A DNA stretch of 64,000 nt. Source: Trichosphaerium sp. ATCC 40318 (Eukaryota > Protista > Tubulinea). Position 1 is the first letter of the stretch; each line of letters starts with the position of its first letter. Below are positions 1 to 11,204 of the stretch, piece by piece. The stretch lies in the NCBI GenBank assembly GCA_038496445.1, contig JALMLS010000311.1, positions 1 to 64,000 on the forward strand. Reading direction: 5' to 3'. Below the pieces are notes generated by a model, which saw only the letters and a program-made list of their open reading frames with translations, did not search any database and was not told where the DNA came from. The position numbers and the translations under genes are program-made.

Positions 1-1015
1 ACTTGCGTAACATAAAAACATGATAATAGCATAGTCGGTTTTTTATGTCGATCTTTGCAAACTTATACATGTAATGTAATACGTTTGTTTTTATATAAAG
101 AACTTGACGGCCTAGGAGCTTATCCTTGGCTTCATTTCTGTGCGGGTTGGAGGTTTGATCTCTCACCCTCGCACGCTCGGCGAACTCCTTGATCCGTGTT
201 TCAAGACGGGATACACGGAGGCCATGGCCCAATAAGGGCATAGAGCCTCATTGAGGTTGTGGACGATGAATGACGAACTCCGTTCCTTTCGGAAGAAGAC
301 GTACATTCGGAGGTTTCAGTAATTTCAGTGAACCAACGCCATTTAAAGGTTTAAAAGTGCTTTTTGATGTCCTTTCAACCAAACCCACGTTTTTATGCTT
401 TTCAGCTTGTAGGATGGTGTGGACAGCACAATTAGCCAGTATGACTTTTTTGTGTTAGTCACTTCTATGTTACCTTCCCCTCGACGTTTTGTTTCATTAT
501 AATCTTCCAGGGCACAAGGCCCCGGTCGCTTTTCCCTCGCTACAAGAGCGTCTGCCATGTGCAGATTAGGTGCAGGGCACCTACGTACTCCGTGCCATTT
601 GTACCCTTGCCGGCTTCGGGTCTTTTAACCCTCTATCGAGGAGTGCTGTTTCAGTCTTCCCTCACGGTACTGGTGCGCTATCGGCCACCTCCCGATACTT
701 AGCCTTGCCGGGTAACCTCCCGGTAACTTCGTATGGCACGGCCAAACCATACTACTCCTGGACGATGGGACTCTATTTCCTCGGTTGACAGCGTACGGGG
801 CTCGCACCCTCTACGGCTACGACTCGTGCGTAATTCCCGTCAACGTCTGGAAGAGTCACCACGCCTTAGCCCACAACTCCGATGCTAGGCTCGGATTCAG
901 GCTTGAGCTTGTCCCCTTTCGCTCGCCGCTACTCAGGGAGTCCCTTTTGGTTTCCTTTCCTCTGCCCCAATGATATGCTTAACTTAGGCAGGTCGCCAAG
1001 TGTAACTCAGGACGC
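1..1015 (-). rRNA. 28S (LSU) rRNA, 5' part, truncated at the window edge
   Basis: Minus strand reads ...AAGTTAAGCATATCA...GAGGAAAGGAAACC...AGTAGCGGCGAGCGAA (LSU 5' core) and CCCGTCTTGAAACACGGATCAAGGAG (about 184-212, conserved block after D2). AT-rich D2/D3 expansions. Confidence 0.95.
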
Positions 1016-1211
1016 AAGTTGTGTTTTTTAATGCTTTCAGCATGAACCAACCTTCCCTCTGAAGCTTCGCTTAAGTAAGCTAGGCATGAGTTCTGGAGGA
1101 ACGTCACTTCTGGCAATTTATTAATTAGTTGTGGCAACCACTTTCTTTTTTACAAGATTTAAGTGTGTACACCATACGCAGCACCAAATAAATTTAGTGT
1201 TTGTTTTGCTG
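1016..1211 (-). other. ITS2
   Basis: Spacer between the 5.8S 3' end (GTGACTCAGCGACGC) and the 28S 5' end (GCGTCCTGAGTTAC), which are mutually complementary as expected for the 5.8S-28S proximal stem. Confidence 0.8.
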
Positions 1212-1376
1212 GCGTCGCTGAGTCACGCTCCTTTGCCTGTGATTCGTGAGAATACAGAACGCGGCCTGAGGCATTCGGCAATGCCACCTTCAGATGAGAG
1301 CGATTCCGGTGGCTGGTTTCATAGTGATCCATGGCCTTCTTCGGGGGAGGTGCCTAACCGTTCACCGACAAGGTTT
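1212..1376 (-). rRNA. 5.8S rRNA (highly divergent)
   Basis: Lies between 18S and 28S, about 165 nt. CGGTGAACGGTTAGGC...CCGAAGAAGGCC aligns to the CGGTGGATCACTCGGC...CGATGAAGAAC core, and the 3' end pairs with the 28S 5' end. Ends approximate. Confidence 0.8.
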
Positions 1377-1610
1377 GGTTTCTTTCGAAAATCTTGACGT
1401 TCTTTATAGTCGTGCCACGACTGTGTTTTTGGTTTGCCAAAATGGCGGTTGTGGAGCTGGCAGATATACAAGATATCACCACAGTAGAGGAGACTATATC
1501 TTCACTTACCGAGGTAAGCTTGGACTTGCCAGACCAAAACTGATACTCCAATTTCTTTTAAACTTGGTTAAAAGTTGGTTTAATTGCTTCTAAGGGTTAA
1601 ATACCAATAG
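1377..1610 (-). other. ITS1
   Basis: Spacer between the 18S 3' end (GAAGGATCAATA) and the inferred 5.8S start. Confidence 0.75.
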
Positions 1611-4259
1611 TATTGATCCTTCAGCAGGTTCACCTACTGAAACCTTGTTACGACTTCATCATCCTTTATGAGCGCAAGTTCGAGCAGGTTCGATAACCGG
1701 CAAGCCGGTCGTCCCCCTGGTCTCACTCGCACCCACATCGGTCGATGCGACGGGCGGTGTGTACAAGCAACAGGGACAGATTCCAGGTGCGTTGATGACA
1801 CACCTGTACGAGGCATTCCGCGTTCGTGGCTACAGTTACAGCAACCAGTCCCTAAGCACGCATGTGTCTTTTCGAAGAAGCAGCATTGAGCACACTTACA
1901 TCCAAATCGACCACACGGTGCGCTTTCATGTATTTTTTTATGAACATTGCAGAAACTTACTTCATAATAAAGTTTGCCTTGGTAAAGATATAATCTTCCA
2001 GGTCAAAGCATTTAAGTGAAGAAGAAACCTTGTTTGTTAATTTGAAACGATCCACAGCTCTTTCAATGTTTATACTAAGGAAACAAAGTCCAAAGATATA
2101 AATTTCATCTAACAGCGCTTCTCGTCTTAACATTAAAGGAATTTAACTTCCTAAAAAGCCTCGACGAGGGGGTTAACTCTTTATATTAGGTTCAGGACAG
2201 ACTTTGTTTGAAGGTGGTAGTTTCCGAAGGTGCGTTTAAGTGTAGTCGTATTTAGATAATAAAATCTGAGGTTTAACTCGCTGTCGTGAAGAAGTGTTCT
2301 GGCGGTTTCAGGGCTTGCCCGGATGCCTGTTCGGCCCAGGAACCCGTTGAACTAAGCAGTGTAGGCCGCGTGCGGCCCGGAATATCTGGGGGCATCCCGG
2401 ATCTGTTATAGCCGCCGCTTCTTACGACTTTTCGCCGTCAGTCCTGCACAGGGGTCCCGCACGAAGCGGGGGAATCAATGTGACAGTAGCGATCTCGCCC
2501 GTTATCGGAATAAACCTGACAGATAAGTCCACGAGCCTAAAACGACCATGCACCACCGTTAGCTAACTCGGAAAAGACCCTTCAGTCTGTTCGTCCCCTT
2601 AGAGCGTCCGATCCCGGTAAGTTGTCGCGCGTTGAGTCAAATTGAGCCGCAGCCTCCAGAGCCTGGTGGTGTTGCTCCGTCAATGCCTTTAAGTTTCAGC
2701 CTTGCGACCATACTTCCCCCCTGGGCCCGATTACTTCGGTTTCCCGTGGGAACGGGCCCCGAGCCTTGGTTTGCCCGGCGCCCATTCAGTCGGCATCGTT
2801 TACTGTGGAGACTACACGGGTCTCTAATCCGCTTCGCTCCCTCCACCATCGTTCTAGATCACCGGCCACGCCCTTGCAGAGCGCCTTCGCTTCGGGTAGT
2901 TTGGATCAGGTCAAAAGATTTCACTCCTCGCTGATACCACACTCTCTACCCCGTACGCACCTAGTAATCGTGTGTTCTTTATTAGTGTGAAGACTAACTC
3001 AAGTTTTTCCTCAAAGTACTTTTGTAATTCACAATGTTTTTATTCCCTTAATGAAGAACATGAGTTTTCACTCAGACTTGCATATCAGGATATTGTTCAT
3101 ACTTAGTTAAAATGAGACTTGAGCGTCGCACTTGGTAAAGTGTTGTTTTTTTGTTTTTTTAAAGCCCAATTCCAGGATGCTGGTGGGTGGCATAGCGGCC
3201 GAAGCCTAAACTGACCTTGCGTTTGAGCGAAGCCATTTATGCCTGGTCGGGCGATGAAAAAGAGTCGGGGGGTTTATGTCAAGGAGTAAACTCCTATCTA
3301 AACCTTGTCCCTCTCAGCTGTGTCGTTGTTTGGACTGCGAGCGCTTTAACAGCAACAGCAAAAGTATAAGCTTTCGGAGTGGGTGTTACCGCGGGTGCTG
3401 GCACCCAACTTGTCCTCCAATAGTTTCTCAGGGCGACATTCAGTTGCCCCTCATTGCGACGACCGGTTTAAATGCCGGCCTCGTTACACTCAGTCGCTGG
3501 CTCGATTTGCAATCAATGGCCAAGTTACGCGCCTGCTGTTACCCGTAAGTACAGGGGCCGTATCTAATGCCCCTTCTCCGGGAACCGAACCCTAGTTCCC
3601 CGTTACCCGTCACTGCCGCGGTAGGCCGTTACCCTACCGCCTGGCTGATAGGTCGGCCGCCCTTCCGACTCGTGGAGGGGGAGAACTCTCAACTTTATAT
3701 CGATATGATCTTTATGAAAAAGCACACATTCAGCGAAGGATCAAGATTTGAAACAATGTTCATTTTTCTTTCACCAAATTTTCACTTGTGTGTAGCTTTA
3801 CATTGTTTTGAAACATGTCTAGTTAGAGAGAACTCCTCGTAACTCCATCGCATGCCCCAACGCCGCTCTTCCCGACGGAGTACGGACGCCGCTTCCTAAG
3901 GGGAGGCTGCTTCCCTTGGCGAACCAAGATGGGATCGGGTGATCGTCCGCTCCTGAGCGTTGGATGCGACCGATGGGTCCTTGCAGCAGAGGGGCCCATC
4001 GGCAGCGCTAGGCGCATTACGTATTAGCCGCAGGTTTCCTTTAATCCCGGTTATCCGCGGGGGAGGCCACGAGTTTTGGTTATAGTGCGTTTAGGAAACG
4101 AGTTCCTGTGTGCAAAATGACGTGACCATTATTAGTCTTGTCGGGTGGGTTACGACCGTTTTAAGGAGCCGTTTGCGGCTCCGAGGATACCTCTTTGCTG
4201 AGCTTGCATGGCTTAATCCTTCGAGAAAGCTTATCACTCCTGGCAGGCTCAACCAGGTA
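1611..4259 (-). rRNA. 18S (SSU) rRNA, about 2650 nt with large AT-rich expansions
   Basis: Minus strand starts TACCTGGTTGAGCCTGCCAG...GATTAAGCCATGCA and contains GTGCCAGCACCCGCGGTAA, AAACTTAAAGGCATTGACGG, TGTACACACCGCCCGTCG and AAGTCGTAACAAGG...GGTGAACCTGCTGAAGGATCA. Confidence 0.98.
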
Positions 4260-5003
4260 CCTTTTGCATCAGAGTTTTTAAAGCAGATAGCTGCATTTAA
4301 AATAATTTCTCATCAGACCAAAGGTGGTTGAGGTTTTTAGGTGGTTTTTTGAAGAATGAACTTCATAAGAAACCATTCAATCTACATTCCTATTCTCTTT
4401 CAAGGAGGGTATATAGATGAAGGTCTTTTTGATGAACATCACAAATACCTGGTGCCGGACAACATCAGCCTTTCTTGTTGGAGAAGAAGCTGATGTGTCT
4501 TGGTTATGGTTTTTATGGCAAGAGATGCTCATAGAGCACATTGCCACAACAGCATAGGGTTGTGTCTTTTTAAAGGACTACTTTTCTTGATGAGTCATGC
4601 CTATTTTTTACTAAGTAGCCATTGAGGCATCGTCGGTAATAGCTTGCAACTGCATCATTTTTCATACACTCTTTTTTTTTTTTTTTTTTCTTTACTATTC
4701 AAGTACTTGGACTGTGCCTTTCCTTGTTAAGCCTTCAAGTTGTAGCAATTAGCTACACTTGCTTTTATTGATGTACTTGGCTTGTGTGCCTTTCCATCAA
4801 TTTACCTTTCACATTTTATTTATGCTTCAGGCTCACATCCTGTATTATTACCCAAGTACTTGATACTTGTCTTTCCATTGGGTGTTTCGGATGTGGTCAA
4901 TACAACTTTTGTGAATTACTTGGAGCACTTTGACTCCTTTCATCCACCTAAGCATGCGAATTTGCACATACTTAGAGCTGTATTGTCGTAGTATAACTCT
5001 GAA

Positions 5004-5761
5004 CTCGATTAGCATTTCTACACCTTTTTTTTTGGAGGTGTTATAATGTTAGAAGAGAGCATGTGTTCATACTATTGGCAGTTGTTGCCCACTGAGGGCT
5101 TCAACTTGATTTACATACTCCTGGTGGTGTGACTTGCACATACCTAGGAACTGTGAATTTGCCTAATCTTGCCATTCGATTAGCATTTCTACACCTTGTG
5201 GTAAAGTGTTCTAATGCTAGAAGAGATAGCTCAGTTTCGGGCTAACATGACTCGATTAGCATTTCTACACTTTCAAATGAGTGTTCTAATGCTAGAAGAG
5301 CACATGTGGGTTTGTACACAAGTGGTTTTGCCCACTAAGGGCTTCAAAACTCATGGTTTTCATGTTGCATTTAACTGTTTGCCCACTGAGGGCTACAAAG
5401 CTTAATACTTCAATTTGTGTATTGACAATAACTCGATCGACATCTCTTTATCAATCTGTTAATTTAAGTGACAGAGATAAGATGAAGGAGGAGTATAGTG
5501 TCTAGTTTATTGTAAACAATGCACTGGTCCACTGAGGACAATGATTGTAACAAAGTGCGTATTTCTAATGATACAAGTAACTCGATTAACACATTTTACA
5601 TATGCAAGAAGAGTACTTTGTGGTCACTGACAACATTGCCACTATTGAAGTGAAATGTTGCTTGTGTCATTGAGAGTACAGTTTTCTTTTGTTATGATCC
5701 CAAGGACTCGATTAACATTTCTACGCTCCGTACTAAAACGTGCGTTATAATGATAGAAGAG
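5004..5761. repeat. Dispersed approximately 50-nt imperfect inverted-repeat element: 4 full copies (5004-5057, 5175-5225, 5251-5300, 5707-5761) plus a degenerate copy (5581-5613)
   Basis: CTCGATTAGCATTTCTACAC-[variable 10-16 nt]-GTGTTMTAATGYTAGAAGAG-like unit (TAT or TCT in the 3' arm). The arms are complementary, and the last copy has ACGC/GCGT in place of ACAC/GTGT. Confidence 0.9.
5087..5539. repeat. Repeated mini-hairpin GCCC-ACTRA-GGGC (5087-5099, 5330-5342, 5381-5393) and variant GTCC-ACTGA-GGAC (5527-5539)
   Basis: Read directly; the fourth copy shows a compensatory stem change. Confidence 0.8.
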
Positions 5762-7294
5762 AACTCTTCATTCTGGGGGGGGGCGGACACAGTACTAAAG
5801 CTGCTATGTTACACATACAACAAACAACCAACGGGCATCGTCATCGATGGATATACTAAGAGACGTGCTTAACTCGCCCTTTTCTATCACATAAGAAAGC
5901 TAGAGTAGCCATACTTGTGGTTTTGTGTTTTTTTTTATGTGTGCATAAGCGCAACTAGAATGCTCATGTCCAACTTTCCAGTAGGAAGAACGGTATCGCG
6001 TAGCAAACAGGATTTACAGCCATGTGCTCTAAAACGCTCAAAAACTCAATAGAACCACGTGATTGGTTCCATGTGTTTTTTTGTTGCAATAGAAGAATAC
6101 AGACCACCCTTTTCGCTACGTTTTGAGCCACAAGTCGATTACCGCTGCCTATGGTGCTTATGTTTTTTACGCATTTTTCATAGGGGCTTTACGTGGTAGA
6201 AGACGACGGCATCATTCTAGGTCCTCGCGCTTACCGTCGCACCCGATCGCACTCCTGTGTTTTGTTTGGAATGTTGATCAGGCGCGATAGCCAGTCACCG
6301 TAAATGTGCTGCACGATGGGCGGACCCATATCACCGTGCACTCCCTGTGGGCTCTTTCATCGAGTAAAAACAAAAGGTTGCAGCATTCGTCGCATCTTTT
6401 CTTCTCAAGAAGAAAAAACGCTTTTGCATTCGACCGATTATTTTTTTGTTTTTCTCGATTGTGCCAAGGGAAAGAGATCCGACTTCTGCAGGCGTTTGTC
6501 GCTCAAAATTTTTCCTTGTCTTTCTGCGCAGGCAAATCGCCTGGCAGTTGATGGGAATTTGATTTTGGTTTATGCCTCGTAGCCTTTTCTCCATTTACGC
6601 CGCCATTAGGCTACACGGTTGTAAGACTGCCTCCCTTTCCCGAAAATATCGAGTTTTCGTAGTCCTGGCTTGGTTCAATGCCGCTATTACTCACTTTAGG
6701 ACGCAGTACAAATATCCACGGTTGGGAAAAAAAACTTTTCGAAGCTTTGTTTATCGCGTTGTACCCGCCCCCTGCGCTTTGTGCCGCCTTTTTTTCGTCA
6801 TAAACTACTTGCGGCTGGGGTTTTTAACCACTTGGCGCTGTTATTTCTCATTTGTAGCGTTGGTACGTTTTATTTTCTGGATATTTTGTCCAAAAAAAAA
6901 AACCAACTTCTTTTTTTTTTTGAGTTCAAATCGCTTTATTTATGGTCTTTACGCTCTTTTCAATCAATTTACGCACTACAAATCGCTATGGCTCGTCTAC
7001 GTCGCCTTTCCTGTCCACAACGAATTTATCTTGACGGCGAACACAAAAAAACAACCAACATTCGTGCGTTCACTTACACGAGAACGCGAATTAATTGGTA
7101 AGTGTAAAACGGCGTATCAAAGTTTTACTAGCACCGCTTTTCGTAGTAGCACTGTTACGCTTACAGATTCGTTGGCGCGACACGTGATGTACCATTCCTC
7201 TTTTCGCGAAAGACCAGAGACTGCGCATAAATTGCTCGGTTTATTTGTTTAGCATTCTTGGATGCATATTTTTTCCACCCTTCATAAATCCGTG

Positions 7295-10200
7295 CTAAAT
7301 TTGGACGTGCTTTCTGTACCCTCCAATGTGATGTGCTTCAGGAACACGTCTCCTCGCAATGGGTGACTTGAGCGTTCTATCCCAATCTTCCTTTTGCCGT
7401 GCGTACGTTGGCACTGGAAAGTAAAAATTATATTTTCATAAGCATAACAAAGTAACAACTTACCACTTGCAATTTTCCCTCGTGTGGTTGATAAACGTCT
7501 TTTCGGTTCTTCTAAACAATGGTAAATATACTTGTAGTTATGGGGTTCGTATTCTCACATAAAGAACAACGCGTACGTTCATGGTCTTTAGGCTTTTCCT
7601 GTTGACTTTTAGTTTTTGGTTTTTTCTCGAAATCTCCACTAGAGCTTGAGCTACTACTACTTTTTGACGAATCACTTGACTCGGAATCGTCAAGATCCTT
7701 CCCTTTTGGTTTTTCGTTATCAGTGCTAGCAATACTCCTTCGACTTTTTTCTGAATTTTTTGAGCCCCACACTCCCAACGAGTTCTTTACAGATTTTTCT
7801 TCATTTGACTTCTTATCGCTTTTGTGTAAGGTGTTTCCTGATTGCTTCGCTTGTGCTGCATTATTTAGACTTGGCATTATTCTACCCAGGGCAATGGCAA
7901 GTGGAGACACTTGATGTTCTACAAAAGGTAAATCAACAACAGCCGCTTGTGGAGTTCCAACAATATTTGTACTTTGATTTGAAGCTTTTTTCATCTCAAC
8001 CTTGACTTCTTTTGAGTTCAGTATTTGTCCGTCATACATGATTTCTATTGTAAGCGGTGCAACCATTGATGGTTTGTAATGAGCCAAAAATTCTCCTCGG
8101 TGACTCGTTGAGTCCAAACGTATAAACTGGTTGTTGACTCTGAACATTAGCTTGCTCTTGTCTGGTGAGAATGGCTTGTTTTTGTTCGCCTTATCTTCCA
8201 TATGGATTTTGAATACACTATTTTCGGCTTGGTACACGTGTACAGGAATTGAAAATCGTGCTGTTGGCTCTAAATCTCGCATTACAACAAAAAAGGAGCG
8301 TTTGGTTTTAAAAAAAAAAAACGGCACTTACGTATTCTTGATCCTTTTGAGATAACTTCAACTGCTGGGTCTGTATTCAACGTACGGCGTGGGTGATTTA
8401 TTTTCGCTGGTTTTGTAGTATGTTTTATCGTAGTTGAGACCTTACTTTCAGGGATTTGACTCTGTTTATCCAAGTCGGTTTCCTTTATGTGCTCGAATAT
8501 TCCAAACTTTCCTGTGAGCACATCATGTCCAAGCAAAATTTCAGATGCTGGAGAACACGTGACACTCACGCAAAGTGCGTGTTCACGAACCCGTTTTATC
8601 GATGCAACTTTGGCGCCATATTTCTGAACCTGGCGATGGATCTTTTTAGCGTCATACTGTAGGAGCTCTCCAGATATTTTATCGTCTCTCAAATAAAATG
8701 TTCTTTCGATTACTTGTGTCTTAATGTCCAAACTTGTGCCTGTGTGCTTTAAAACAAACAGAAACAACTTGATAAGGGTGTCAACATGATGGATACTTGG
8801 TTCAGTAGTGGCCAGAGATAATCGTAGGGCATTTCTAAGAGGCAAGATAAGAACGAGAAAATGAAGAAGCAAAAAAAAAAGGTATCGCACGTTTTGCAAG
8901 ATTTACAAAAGTCGTCTGATGAGTGCCTAGGTACATCTATACCACCAATTTTCTTCACCACCTGGAGGTACTCCCTCGAGTCGTGTATAAGACGACGCAA
9001 TTTTCGCTCAATACTCGGACTGCTAAATATATGAACTTTCCCATTCGTTTTGTCTTTGTGTTCAATATTGAAGTCAACAGCAAGATCGCAGTTGAAAGAC
9101 TAAACCCAAATTTCTTATTACTAATACGTTTTAGCGTGTTCACTTACCTCACATATTGCTGAGCGCTGTTCTAAAGCCAAATCTTTCTTCGATACAACAA
9201 GTACAAGCCAAGGTTTCGTTGAGTTTAAGAAAAGTGGTTTTATCTTGCATAAGTCGCAGGTAATCTCTTTCAATCCGAAAGGTTGTATCCATAAAGGATG
9301 CGAAAACCTTTAACAAAAATCAACGTCAGTGTCCATGAGAATAAAATCGGAAAATCGTATTTGTAAAGTTTGCGCACATTGTATTGTAGTCAGCTTTTGT
9401 AAACAGTATACAAACTTGAGGTTCGTAACCAGAACAGAATCGAATAAACTGCTTAAGACTGATAGAAGCATTCAATGATTCAGGCGAAGGCAAGTGTTGC
9501 GATAACTGAGAAATTAACCAAGGAGCGTCAGGTCTTTTACTTGGTTCTTGTAGGCATTTCTCTATGATATACGTAAACTCAGCCGTTTTCGCATCAAGTG
9601 TCACACGCTTAGTAATTACCTACACGTGTCAAAAAAAATTCCCATAATTATAATTTTCTTTCTAATGTGTACATCTCTTTGAAGGGATGGGTGGTACCCA
9701 TGGGAATGGTACGGTCTGGTAAATACAACTAACGTGAGTACACCAAACATGTAGATATCACTTTGTGTTGTAAACACCATATCATCGTCGTGGCCGAAAA
9801 CCTCATCAGGTATAAATATTCTATTTACGCATGGTCTCCTGGAAGAGGAGCATCAGTTATTGCTATCAGCCTTTAAGGTTATCTTACTTGTCGATTTCAA
9901 AAGGTTTGAATAATTGACTTAATCCAAAATCAGCTAATCGAACTGAAATAGGTTCAAACGATTCTACCTAATTTCTCGTTGTTACATTGTTATTGACACA
10001 AAAAAAAAAAAAGGTGTACCAACACGTTCTGCTCACAAATATCTCTGTGTATAACATCGTGTGTGTGGAGGTACTGTAAAGCAAGTGCAATTTGATGTAC
10101 AATCTACACAAAGCAATAAGTCCAAGTATAAATAAAGAACCAAGTAATATTTTTTTGCGTACAAGAACACCATCCTTTTTTGTGACCAAGTCACGTTTAC

Positions 10201-10831
10201 TACGCAAAAAATTTTCTAGTGTACCCAAAGGGTAGTATTCCATAACAAGATTAACACCATATAATGGCCCATAAGGAAACTGTGTGTATCCAATAACTTC
10301 AACCAAATGTTCATGATTAAGGCTTCTAAATCAACATTAGCACTGGGTTCTTCATGCTGTGCCATGATTAACGTACCCAATTTCTTTTAGTTGTACTAGC
10401 AAATCATCGTCAGATGTACCTTTAGGAACGTGTTTAAACTTCTTTATAACGACCTCCATCCCTATAAATATCAATCACGTGATTTCTATTTGGATTTGAT
10501 TTGTGACAGCGGAAGAATCTTTAAGCGTACGTCTACGCTTCCATAGTGCTCTATACAGATTGGCATATGCACTTTTATGCATCAAGCTGTGCTTGCTATC
10601 AAGTTCTTTGTGTGGGATCCCTGAAACAGTGAGAACAAAAAGACGTTACTTAAAATAATCGTGGAGTACCTTCTGCAATAGCGCTTGGGTCACGTGGAAT
10701 CTTGTAAGAGCCCATTAACGCTTTATGTATGATATCAATTAAAACGAAGCTAGTAGAGCCCTGTTTGCGTAAAATGACGTACCTACGCTGCGTCTCCGAC
10801 TTTTCGCGAGGCTCGTTTGTTCCTTTTCCAT
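7295..10831 (-). CDS. TKL/tyrosine-kinase-like protein kinase with long C-terminal extension (possible filamin/Ig-type fold, Ser/Lys-rich tail); multi-exon
   Basis: Spliced translation gives VVIKKF, NHEHLVEVIG, LVMEYY, IHRDICEQNVL, RLADFGL, SDIYMFG and CLQEPSKRP. The frame continues through GT-AG introns into ORFs 8282-8899 and 7512-8327 (GEFLAHYKPSMVAPLTIEIMYDGQ) and ends at TAG 7295. Confidence 0.8.
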
Positions 10832-11204
10832 AATTATAACCCAGACCGTATTAAGTAGTGGTAGCGGCAGCTGTGATAGGGAGGATCTTGAAAAAGTTTA
10901 CAACAAATTCTGAGGTTTTTTTTACCAGCACTCTTTTTGTGTTACACAACAGCAACGTGATAAAGGGAATAGTATTGCTACCAAACAAAATGTTGCGCAA
11001 AACTGCCCTTAATAGAAAATGTTGACTGAACACGTGCGCCTGCAGAAAAATTTGACGTAGCTTGCTACTCTGTAGCGAAGTAAAGCACAACAAACGTTTT
11101 GGATGTACAAATAAATCCTTGCAACGGACTTTTTTTATTTTTTTTCTTTTTGAGTTTGTCTTCTTGTTATTTACATTTTTTTTTTTTGGTGTGTTTTTCT
11201 TTCT

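Larger units (their letters stand above)
4260..7200 (-). other. rDNA 5' external transcribed spacer / intergenic spacer (Pol I promoter not located)
   Basis: Non-coding, hairpin-rich sequence upstream of 18S with no credible spliced ORF. Confidence 0.7.

Noticed and set aside
1865-2335. Group I intron or homing endonuclease in 18S
   Set aside because: The insert lies in a variable region, not a conserved core insertion site; no P/Q/R/S elements or endonuclease ORF recognised.
270-4331. Numerous 60-100 aa ORFs in the ORF track
   Set aside because: They overlap rRNA genes and spacers; chance ORFs.
5004-5761. CRISPR-like array
   Set aside because: Irregular spacing, eukaryotic rDNA context and no cas genes.
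6300-6345. GC-rich hairpin (TGCACG-ATGGG..CCCAT..CGTGCA) as 5S rRNA or tRNA
   Set aside because: No A/C-box or cloverleaf features; single hairpin only.
6572-7252. 226-aa plus-strand ORF in the IGS
   Set aside because: F/R/L-biased translation of T-rich DNA with poly-A/T runs, no domain motif and intronless unlike neighbours; probably spurious but not excluded.
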